In this document: positions 18,048 through 25,284 of the stretch, piece after piece
Position numbering within the stretch: the stretch's first letter is position 1
Layout of the letters: every line of letters begins with the position of its first letter
DNA from: a virus
Length of the DNA stretch: 64,000 nucleotides
Virus record (IMG/VR): IMGVR_UViG_3300042197_004918
Coordinates: 109,818-173,817 of that record
Direction: 5' to 3' (one strand)
Translations under genes and position numbers: made by a program
The notes under the pieces: model-generated
The model's input: the letters and a program-made list of their open reading frames with translations, nothing else
Told to the model about the DNA's origin: nothing
Databases searched by the model: none

Positions 18048-18315
18048 GATTAGAAGAAAGTAGGCTTAGAAGCAGCCATCTTTTAAAAAGTGACGAGTGG
18101 AAAAAGTATCTGTTGCAACAGAGAAATAAGCGTAACGGGTTTGTCAAGTCCCCGACGTATAACCACAGGGAATATAAATCCAAAAAACGATGTAAATAGT
18201 TACGGTGGGACAAGCAAGGTTGACCAACTAATGTAGAATAACGAGTGTCTAAGGGGTTCTACAAATGACTATTTTACCCTTTAACAGTCTTTGGCGTCAT
18301 AGCATACTTCTAATC
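18048..18315 (+). ncRNA. 23S rRNA GTPase-centre (H43-H44) mimic RNA, copy 2
   Basis: GTAGGCTTAGAAGCAGCCATCTTTTAAA ... GCGTCATAGC closed by GATTAGAAG/CTTCTAATC. Confidence 0.75.
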
Positions 18316-18320
18316 TTTAT

Positions 18321-18391
18321 AGCGTGGCTACTGGGTAGTGCGGAAACTCCAAATCTCTGCTTCGTCGGTTCGATTCCGACTCACGCTGCCA
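18321..18391 (+). tRNA. tRNA-Trp(CCA) with reduced D-arm
   Basis: Loop CT-CCA-AA, G73, CCA; D-arm only CTAC-TGG-GTAG. Confidence 0.75.
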
Positions 18392-18422
18392 GTGGTGTCA
18401 GTAACACAAAACTATTGATTAT

Positions 18423-18538
18423 CGCAGTTAGGGCAAAGATACGAGCCGCCACGGTATGGACTGTGGAGGGGTGTGTGAGACGAGATTTGACGCTGGAATC
18501 TATCACTGTTAACAGGTTAAAGTCCTGTAGCTGCGACC
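18423..18538 (+). ncRNA. Pro-like tRNA derivative with ~45-nt variable region
   Basis: CGCAGTT/AGCTGCG-A-CC, stem CCACGG-TATGGA-CTGTGG, T-arm ACAGG-TTAAAGT-CCTGT. Confidence 0.5.
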
Positions 18539-18546
18539 TTAATTTT

Positions 18547-18619
18547 CGGGATGTAATGTCAGTGGCAGACGGCCGAGCCTGGAACTCGGAGGTCGCAGGT
18601 TCGAGTCCTGTCATCCCGA
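18547..18619 (+). tRNA. tRNA-Pro(TGG), copy 3, C33/A37
   Basis: CCGAG-CCTGGAA-CTCGG, C1:G72, A73. Confidence 0.8.
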
Positions 18620-18686
18620 CCGTGTGAGTGTGCATACAGAACTAATCGGGACAAATGCCGAAAAGTAATCCGAGTTCACATATAAT

Positions 18687-18758
18687 GGTCTGTTCGTCTA
18701 TCGGCTAGGACGATGCCCTTTCAAGGCGTAAAGATGGGTTCGATTCCCATACGGACTA
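18687..18758 (+). tRNA. tRNA-Glu(TTC), no encoded CCA
   Basis: ATGCC-CTTTCAA-GGCGT. Confidence 0.9.
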
Positions 18759-18760
18759 CA

Positions 18761-19009
18761 GTTTAACACGGTCGATCTATAGCGGGTGTAGAAATACATC
18801 TGAGGAAGTTCGCGCCACTAAAGCAGTTGATTGGGAGAATCGGCCGAGAGCAGAAATGCCGGTCGCAAAGACAGCCGATTCGTTAATACCACACAATAAG
18901 TGCAAGCCAAACAGAGCCGAGGGTAGTGCTTCCCGTTATGGTAGGCTCGGGTTGGTGCATAGTCAAATTATAGAATAAAACAGAAGCGCGGCTACATGAT
19001 ATGTTAAAC
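18761..19009 (+). ncRNA. rnpB: RNase P RNA, minimal form
   Basis: P4 halves GAGGAAGTTCGCGC (18802) and ACAGAAGCGCGGCTA (~18980) pair with the bulged U; P1 GTTTAACA/TGTTAAAC; P2 TCTATAG/TTATAGA; P3; P15/16 region. Confidence 0.88.
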
Positions 19010-19053
19010 CATTTTTGATTGACTTGTCGTTTGAGATGTCCTATCATTTTATT

Positions 19054-19293
19054 ATGAATACTTCATCTATTGCAGAAACTTGTTCTTTTTGTAAAAACCC
19101 GGCTGCAGGATACAATATCATGGGAGATTTTTGCAGTGGACATAAAGAACTGTTTGTCAGAGATTGGACAAAACAGACTTTGTATGACCTATTACTTGAA
19201 TACCCGAATGAACGGGTGGATGGTTTGGTGAAGTTGTTCAATGGATATAAAAACTTCACAACACGCTGGCCCGATGGTAATATCGTTGGATGA
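19054..19293 (+). CDS. hypothetical protein
   Basis: ATG 6 nt after TTGACT-N17-TATCAT. Confidence 0.6.
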   Translation: MNTSSIAETCSFCKNPAAGYNIMGDFCSGHKELFVRDWTKQTLYDLLLEYPNERVDGLVKLFNGYKNFTTRWPDGNIVG

Positions 19294-19802
19294 AGAAATA
19301 TCAAATGTATCTCAACGTAGGGGATTGGTCTGGTGATGGTCACGAAAAACACGACCGAGTTTTGGTTGAATCCAACCTTCCGGTTGCCGACGTCCAACAG
19401 GCATACAAGGATTCTTGTAAGTTGACCGGAGTTCAACTCAACGGTAATGAAGATTATACCGGTATTAAACGCGATTGGATGGCCGCTAGAGAAGTCCAGC
19501 TTCTCACCGAGTATGAGGAATCAAAAATTACTCCAAAACAATTTGAAGTGTTACAAAAACACGGATTGAAGTCGAAAATGATAGCCAAGTGGAACGGAGA
19601 AGATGATGCCGAAGAAACTGCTGAAGGTGGATATTATATCTACGGTGTCGATGCGTATGTCAAATTTTGGATATGGTTCACATCACTCTCCAACAAAAAA
19701 CTAAAAATTACCGAAATTCCTGACGATGAAAACATCCCCAATATCAACGGATACTGGGATAAAAATCTCAACGCGGGATTTGGATATGGAATTTATTCTT
19801 AA
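19290..19802 (+). CDS. hypothetical phage protein (GDWSGDGH motif)
   Basis: 170 aa ORF, C-terminal FGYG. Confidence 0.75.
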   Translation: MKKYQMYLNVGDWSGDGHEKHDRVLVESNLPVADVQQAYKDSCKLTGVQLNGNEDYTGIKRDWMAAREVQLLTEYEESKITPKQFEVLQKHGLKSKMIAKWNGEDDAEETAEGGYYIYGVDAYVKFWIWFTSLSNKKLKITEIPDDENIPNINGYWDKNLNAGFGYGIYS

Positions 19803-19807
19803 CTAAT

Positions 19808-19884
19808 GGTCAAGTGATGTAATTGGAAAACATCGTTTACTCAAAATAAACGTTTTGTGGGTTCAACTCCCATCTTGACTACCA
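19808..19884 (+). tRNA. tRNA-Leu(CAA), copy 2, short variable loop
   Basis: GTTTA-CTCAAAA-TAAAC, CCA; near-duplicate of 15788. Confidence 0.87.
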
Positions 19885-20503
19885 ATTTCTTTGCTCGTCG
19901 GTAGTTTCGTCCGTTCTCAAGTCCGACCTTTTTAAGAGCTTGGTGGATATTTTCCGAAGATTTTAACGATTCAATCAACTCTTCATCAGAAACATTTCTT
20001 TTGATTTTATTTCTTCCACCATAAGTGGGTGTTATGGAATGACAGTTCGGACACAACAATCTTAGATTTTCACGAGTATTGTTTCTTCTGTCTCCGTTAA
20101 TATGGTCTAATTGAAGAGACAGTTTAACCCCATTCCAACTATCAATTCCACACAAACATTTGTCGGATTGTTCAGATGAAATCAAAGATTTGATAACGTT
20201 TTTACTTAAAAGTTCAAATGGAGTTTTGGAAATTCTATCGTCTAAAGATTTCCGAGAAGCTATAACCGCCTTAATTCTATCATCGTTTGTAAAAACTTTT
20301 CGTCTTGAGTCAAACCCCGAAACGAATCCTCTGCCGGGGGATGATTTACCTGTCAAGGTTTTAGACACCTTTTCGTTTATCTCCTTTCTCTTATTTTTGG
20401 TTGCAAACGACCTAGAACATTTAATAGAACAGAATCGTCCGCTTCCAATAATAATTGAAAAGTCGGAATTACAATTTTCACAAGATTTTATCACAGAGTT
20501 CAT
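19841..20503 (-). CDS. HNH homing endonuclease with N-terminal Zn finger, ends inside tRNA-Leu(CAA)
   Basis: CxxC..FCSIKC; LQLDHINGD..NN..NL.LLCPNCH; start reassigned to MNSVIK. Confidence 0.9.
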   Translation of the reverse strand: MNSVIKSCENCNSDFSIIIGSGRFCSIKCSRSFATKNKRKEINEKVSKTLTGKSSPGRGFVSGFDSRRKVFTNDDRIKAVIASRKSLDDRISKTPFELLSKNVIKSLISSEQSDKCLCGIDSWNGVKLSLQLDHINGDRRNNTRENLRLLCPNCHSITPTYGGRNKIKRNVSDEELIESLKSSENIHQALKKVGLENGRNYRRAKKLVVKMGVEPTKRLF

Positions 20504-20547
20504 ATAGACATAAATATATCTCTGTAGGTTCAAAAGCAAAAATATTT

Positions 20548-20623
20548 GCGGATGTAGCTCAACTGGCAGAGCGCTTGCCTTCCAAGCAGGCTGTTGTGGG
20601 TTCAACTCCCATCATCCGCTCCA
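20548..20623 (+). tRNA. tRNA-Gly(TCC)
   Basis: CTTGC-CTTCCAA-GCAGG, U73, CCA. Confidence 0.95.
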
Positions 20624-20790
20624 TGAATACTAATCAGAAACGAATTAAACACGAGGAGGATTACATAAACTTCCTCGAAAAACGTCTCGGTAGTATGAAT
20701 TTCAAAAGGAATTCTTCTCCGGAAGAAATTGAAAAAACTGAAGCAAAACTCAAGAAAGCAAAGTTGGTTTTGAGAGTTTTGAAGAAGTAA
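20623..20790 (+). CDS. small basic protein; ATG shares the A of the tRNA CCA
   Basis: MNTNQKRIKHEEDY...LRVLKK fills the spacer between two tRNAs. Confidence 0.55.
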   Translation: MNTNQKRIKHEEDYINFLEKRLGSMNFKRNSSPEEIEKTEAKLKKAKLVLRVLKK

Positions 20791-20793
20791 ATT

Positions 20794-20881
20794 GGACGGT
20801 TATCCCGTAGGGGTAGCGGTACGCGCTGTAAACGCGTTGCCTTAACAGGCTCGGGTGGTTCAACTCCATCACCGTCCACCA
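20794..20881 (+). tRNA. tRNA-Tyr(GTA), copy 2
   Basis: ACGCG-CTGTAAA-CGCGT, long variable arm, CCA. Confidence 0.92.
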
Positions 20882-21049
20882 TGAAAAAAATAAATCGCCT
20901 AAACGAACCTAAGAAAGATAAAACAAAGGTGAGGGTTCCTCAATGGACTCTGGCACTGATGGTTGCTGGTGTGATAAGTAAGGATTCGGTCGTTGAGACA
21001 TTAAAACAATCAAAGTGAGACTTTATCTAAGTAGTGACTATTTATAGTT

Positions 21050-21619
21050 ATGAACAGATTCAAGTTTCTTTCGGTATTTCTTTTAACTTCGTTAATCCTC
21101 TTAACGTCGGTATTTTTTACTGGATGTGAGAACGGGTCCGCTCAAACATCGACAAAGTTACCGTCAGCTCCTTCAAAGGTTTATACAGCGGATGAGCTGC
21201 AAAATTTAATGTTTAAAAACGGTATAAACACCGGAACATTCTTACTTGCCGACAAAAACTACGTATTAACTACAAGGGAGTGGATTAGGTCTGACTTTTC
21301 CCGTGGTCTGACAGCATTTCAGTTTCAGATGGGGATAGACAAGTGGGTGGCTGAAACAAATGATTGTGATAAATTCGCCACTGCTGCGACATTTTATGCT
21401 AAGTGGCTGAGTCATTCATCCCCGAACAGAAATGTTAGAGCATCCCTCGCTTTTGGTGAACTGCACTATTCGAGGGAGAGTGACGGACGTGCCCACGCTA
21501 TAAATTTCTTCGTAGTTAATGAAGGGGAACTCAAACTCGTGTTCTATGAACCACAAAATCATAAAATCGTGAATTTGACCAAGGGTGAACAATTTAGTGT
21601 ATTCTTCTGGAGACTATGA
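21050..21619 (+). CDS. putative lipoprotein with Cys-protease/transglutaminase-like motifs
   Basis: Signal peptide + FTGC lipobox; NDCDKFA..HAIN..YEPQ. Confidence 0.65.
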   Translation: MNRFKFLSVFLLTSLILLTSVFFTGCENGSAQTSTKLPSAPSKVYTADELQNLMFKNGINTGTFLLADKNYVLTTREWIRSDFSRGLTAFQFQMGIDKWVAETNDCDKFATAATFYAKWLSHSSPNRNVRASLAFGELHYSRESDGRAHAINFFVVNEGELKLVFYEPQNHKIVNLTKGEQFSVFFWRL

Positions 21620-21761
21620 AAAAACTCATTTTAATAATCGTATTTTCGTCAGTATTGATGGCCTGTAAGACGGCCGACGTGTTTCCACCAAGGAACATCC
21701 CAAAGCCCCCTGTAGAGTTCTCTAGTATTGACAAATAATCAATCTACTGTATAGTGTTCTT

Positions 21762-22124
21762 ATGGATGAGAACGAAGTATTGAACGAGATTTTTGGTCAG
21801 ACGCCCTTGTGGAAGGGTAAATATAAAATCAAGTGGTGTGAACTGTGTCGGACTTCCATCATCGTGTGTGAAGAGTGTAAGAACAGTTCTTGTAACGGCG
21901 GCGGATGTAAGGAGTGTGACGAAGCATTTTCGTCCTTCGCTAAGGCCAAGACAACCATTGAAGAATATCTCACCGAAGAAGAAATATACGCATACCACAA
22001 AGCGATGTATTTGAAGGAGTTTATACAAACGTCACTCGGTAAGGGTGAAAATGAAATTGACTTTGAACGGATGAATAGAGACGGTGAACTTTCCGAAGTA
22101 ACGCGAAAGATGTTTTTGAAGTAA
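21762..22124 (+). CDS. Cys-rich hypothetical protein
   Basis: Multiple CxxC; ATG 6 nt after TTGACA-N16-TATAGT. Confidence 0.65.
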   Translation: MDENEVLNEIFGQTPLWKGKYKIKWCELCRTSIIVCEECKNSSCNGGGCKECDEAFSSFAKAKTTIEEYLTEEEIYAYHKAMYLKEFIQTSLGKGENEIDFERMNRDGELSEVTRKMFLK

Positions 22125-22130
22125 TTTAAT

Positions 22131-22203
22131 GGGTCTATGGTGAAATTGGACATCATAGGAGTTTCCTAAACTTTTGTTTCCGGTTCGAGTCCGGATAGAC
22201 CTA
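22131..22203 (+). tRNA. tRNA-Arg(CCT)
   Basis: GGAGT-TTCCTAA-ACTTT. Confidence 0.87.
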
Positions 22204-22508
22204 CCGCGCGGGTTTCGGTTGGGTGCCCCAAAGGACGGGATTAACTCCGTCAGAGGCCCATGTGGTCGAGGGAGTTGATTGAAACCAACTCCAAACCGTT
22301 TTAATTTTATGAACATGGATCGTATGTTAGATGAAGGTGGTTACACCTTAGACGAAGAGTTATTTATAGCAAATCACTCTTCCATAGAAATATGCGAACT
22401 GTGTGGTGACTATTTTGCTATTCATCCCGACTACTGTTATGTCGGACGCAATAATTTCGTAGAATTGACCTTTGGAGGACGATTCTACTGTCAGAAGTGT
22501 AAGTAATT

Positions 22509-22599
22509 GGATGGTAAACCCGAAAGGTTTGGGAACTGCCTCGAAAACAGATTGCTGGGCTTAAAACCCAGTGGGCTTCGATTGCTCTGCCATCCGCCA
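22509..22599 (+). tRNA. tRNA-Ser(CGA), 8/4 fold
   Basis: 8-bp acceptor GGATGGTA/TGCCATCC, 4-bp T-stem GGGC/GCTC, long variable arm, G73, CCA. Confidence 0.82.
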
Positions 22600-22602
22600 G
22601 AT

Positions 22603-22869
22603 ATGGAAACAATAAGATTGTGTGCTCGAGTAGTGGACAACGGCGATAAATCCGTTAATTTAGTTGACTTGCTCGTTGGGTCAAAATTGACAAAGAGCAA
22701 ACGAGAGGCGAGAGATTTAATCTCTTCGGGTGGAGCTTACATAAACGGCGTCCGAACCACTGAAAATAGAGATATATCTACGGATGATTTGATTGGTGAT
22801 GAAATAGTTCTCCGTAAAGGTAAAAAAACACATTTTGTTCTAAAGTTCTTAAATATAAGAGGTAAGTAA
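22603..22869 (+). CDS. stand-alone S4-like RNA-binding domain (TyrRS C-terminal-like)
   Basis: L.DLLV...L..SKREAR.LI..GG.YING....LRKGKK. Confidence 0.8.
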   Translation: METIRLCARVVDNGDKSVNLVDLLVGSKLTKSKREARDLISSGGAYINGVRTTENRDISTDDLIGDEIVLRKGKKTHFVLKFLNIRGK

Positions 22870-22889
22870 AACCGATAGGTTTGGTCATT

Positions 22890-22977
22890 GGAATGCAAAA
22901 CCTCAAGGCGAGGTCGGTGATTGGAAATCACCTGGACGCCCTAAACCAGCGTTGAGATTCGAGTTCTCTACATTCCG
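22890..22977 (+). tRNA. tRNA-Ser(GGA), 8/4 fold, no encoded CCA
   Basis: GGTGA-TTGGAAA-TCACC; GGAATGCA/TACATTCC; T-stem GAGA/TCTC; G73. Confidence 0.8.
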
Positions 22978-23637
22978 CAGTATTATTTCCAGATATTTTT
23001 CTGAAGTTCTGTCGTTGAAGTGTTTTTGGTCAGAAATATCTATGACTACTAACTTGATGCTGTTTTCCAAACAAGATTTAACTTTCTTTTTATCATTCTT
23101 GACGGTGGAAACCAGTTTATCTTTTCCAAAAATCGGTTTATAATGAAAAATACCGTTCAATTCAAAAGCCAATCTCAAAGAGGGAATATAAATATCCAAC
23201 TCGGAGTTTATGTCTTTTCTCTGATTAAATCTAATCTCTAATGTTGGAAAAGTTTTTTTAAGTTTCTCTTCCAAATATTTTTCAAGTTTAGATCTCCTAC
23301 AACCACACGATTTTCTAACAAAATGTTCATTATTATACTTTGCTGCACAAGAATTTGAACAGAATTGATTTCCGGTTTTTGACCTCTTAATGAGAGAATT
23401 CTTTCTATAAAAAGAAAGGTCACACACTTTACACTTCACGATTTTTCCTTTATTTAGAGCAACATTTCTACAATCCGTTCCACAGTATTTTAAAATTTTC
23501 CTATATCCACATTTCTCCGACCATTTGATGTCGTTTTTCTTTCCGTAAAATTGGGCATGGCAATTTTCACATTCCAACTTTAATTTTTCCGTGGATTTGG
23601 CAGAAGAAAATTCCTCATCCGTGTAAAGCTTAATCAT
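22903..23637 (-). CDS. Zn-finger + Vsr/DUF559-like PD-(D/E)xK endonuclease, ends inside tRNA-Ser(GGA)
   Basis: CxxC repeats; ELDIYIP...AFELNG.FHY; start reassigned to MIKLY. Confidence 0.8.
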   Translation of the reverse strand: MIKLYTDEEFSSAKSTEKLKLECENCHAQFYGKKNDIKWSEKCGYRKILKYCGTDCRNVALNKGKIVKCKVCDLSFYRKNSLIKRSKTGNQFCSNSCAAKYNNEHFVRKSCGCRRSKLEKYLEEKLKKTFPTLEIRFNQRKDINSELDIYIPSLRLAFELNGIFHYKPIFGKDKLVSTVKNDKKKVKSCLENSIKLVVIDISDQKHFNDRTSEKYLEIILRNVENSNLNAGLGRPGDFQSPTSP

Positions 23638-23946
23638 GTTAATAAATATCAAGGAATTTTCCGAAAACACGGCTTACCGCCTGCTACTTCATTATGGAAA
23701 CCATGTAGTCGCCAGTCAAAGATGGGGTGTAATAACTATTCGTATTTCCACGTTTCTCATATAATGGAATGAAAGTGTTTCCGTCTTTATCAGTGTAACC
23801 TTTCCTTACAAGTCTGTAATATTCTTTATTGACTTGGACGTTGTATGGGTCTGAACATGAGACAAACAATAGGGTGGTGAGGACCAAAAAAATCTTTTTC
23901 ATCAAAAATAAATATCTCGTTATGATTCTAACACATATTTATAAAC

Positions 23947-24198
23947 GTGGAAGATAAAGACATCAAACAATTAGGTGTATATCTCGACTTGTGTGGAGAA
24001 CGTGAGTTTTTATTAAGTGCGGTCTGGTTATCTTTCAGATACAAGGAAATTCATCCAGAGTGGAACGTCAATCAGTGTTTTGAACAAGCAATTTGGGATG
24101 TTATGGTGAGTGAAGCCAAGCGTGAAACTAAACTCGATTTAAGGTCAACTGTGGAGAAGATAAACCAAATCCAAAGCTTGTGTTCCACCAAAAAGTAG
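23947..24198 (+). CDS. hypothetical protein
   Basis: GTG 4 nt after TATTTAT. Confidence 0.55.
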   Translation: MEDKDIKQLGVYLDLCGEREFLLSAVWLSFRYKEIHPEWNVNQCFEQAIWDVMVSEAKRETKLDLRSTVEKINQIQSLCSTKK

Positions 24199-24234
24199 GT
24201 TGACAAGTATTATAATTACACGTATGATCTCTAC

Positions 24235-24741
24235 GTGCAGACATTTCTACCATACTCGGATTTTTCAAAATCAGCAAATTGTTTAGATGACCGCCGGCTT
24301 GGAAAGCAGAGAGTAGAGGGTTATCAAATTCTAAAATCTCTAAGCATCGGCCCGTATCAACGTTTCCACAAAGATGCTTGGGTAGCTTGTGACGAGAGAA
24401 CGTATAATTCGTTAAAATCATTGAAAGTCAAGAAGTTGGTTAGAAAAACTCCTTGGTATAATCATCCAGCCACAAAAATGTGGGCGGGGTCTGAGGGTTC
24501 TCTAAAAGAATACACAGTTACCGTATGTTCAGTTTGGACCAGCCGTGGATTCAAGGATACGATTACCGATAAACTCAATAGTGTCCCGAATTCTTCTATA
24601 AAGAGTAAAACTCCAAGTTGGATTGGCGATGAGTCGTTCCACGCTGCCCATCGTTCTAATTTGTTAAGAAAAAACAAAGTATGGTATTCTAAGTTTAATT
24701 GGAAAGAATCGGACGATTTACCTTATGTCTGGCCAAAGTAA
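24235..24741 (+). CDS. pyrimidine-dimer DNA glycosylase family protein (DenV/MSMEG_6728-like)
   Basis: MQTFLPY..LD.RRLGKQRVE, HPA..MW, HRSNLLRK, PYVWP. Confidence 0.85.
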   Translation: MQTFLPYSDFSKSANCLDDRRLGKQRVEGYQILKSLSIGPYQRFHKDAWVACDERTYNSLKSLKVKKLVRKTPWYNHPATKMWAGSEGSLKEYTVTVCSVWTSRGFKDTITDKLNSVPNSSIKSKTPSWIGDESFHAAHRSNLLRKNKVWYSKFNWKESDDLPYVWPK

Positions 24742-24804
24742 GATTCTGAAAGAAAAGGCTAGACGAAACGGATTTCAGTGGTATAGTTATTTTGTAGTGA
24801 GAAT

Positions 24805-24884
24805 GGTTCCGTAGCCAAGATGAAATAAGGCGTCTGTTCCGCAAGGACAGAAAATCGGTGGTTTAATTCCATCCGGGACCTCCA
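24805..24884 (+). tRNA. Cys-like tRNA with 9-nt anticodon loop (TCC-GCA-AGG)
   Basis: Stem TCTGT/ACAGA, U73, CCA; T-loop TTTAATT. Confidence 0.6.
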
Positions 24885-24887
24885 GTC

Positions 24888-24962
24888 GGGCAGGTCGTCT
24901 AGTGCTTAGGATATTCCCCTTCGCGGGGAAAGACGAAGGTTCAAATCCTTCCCTGCCCACCA
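24888..24962 (+). tRNA. atypical tRNA, anticodon TCG (Arg) on a Glu-like body, C37
   Basis: TTCCC-CTTCGCG-GGGAA; perfect acceptor and T-arm; CCA. Confidence 0.6.
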
Positions 24963-24966
24963 GTAT

Positions 24967-25224
24967 ATGAAAACAAAACTGTAGAATTGTAAAGAAGTCG
25001 TGTTTCACTTCAACAAGGGTCACCTGGCCAATCCAGAGATTCCTATGTGGGTGTTAAAAACAAAAGGCGAAAGCTACTATGTGAATCACGTCACCGCGAG
25101 TTGTTCTTGGACAACCAAGGAAACTCCCGACAATCCTACAACCAAAGGTTCTTTGAAGTTTAAGAACGTGGATGTGGAAATCAGTGAAGATAGAGAAGCG
25201 ACAATTTTTGCGTCTGTAGTTTAA
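24967..25224 (+). CDS. hypothetical phage protein
   Basis: FHFNKGHL..PMWV.K.KG..YYVNHV..TKETPDN..TKGS; 3' end overlaps the suppressor tRNA. Confidence 0.65.
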
Positions 25225-25284
25225 TGGTCAGAACTGGCGCCTCTAAAACGCCGTGTGTGGGTTCGACTCCCATTGGACGCACCA
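25210..25284 (+). tRNA. amber suppressor tRNA (CTA)
   Basis: GGCGC-CTCTAAA-ACGCC puts CUA at 34-36; canonical D and T arms; A73, CCA. Confidence 0.78.

Noticed and set aside
17734-18315. Fragment of a real 23S rRNA gene or host contamination
   Set aside because: Similarity is limited to the H43 and H44 loops, occurs twice with different closing stems and unrelated inserts, and the flanks are phage tRNAs.
17488-18315. Group I introns in tRNA or rRNA-like exons
   Set aside because: I could not find P7 or other core group I motifs or splice-site signatures by eye; not fully excluded without Infernal.
14603-18635. ORF-track entries overlapping the tRNA array (e.g. 14603, 15790, 15816, 16416, 17470, 17748, 17938, 18265, 18381)
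   Set aside because: They overlap tRNAs and structured RNAs and have no protein motifs; judged spurious.
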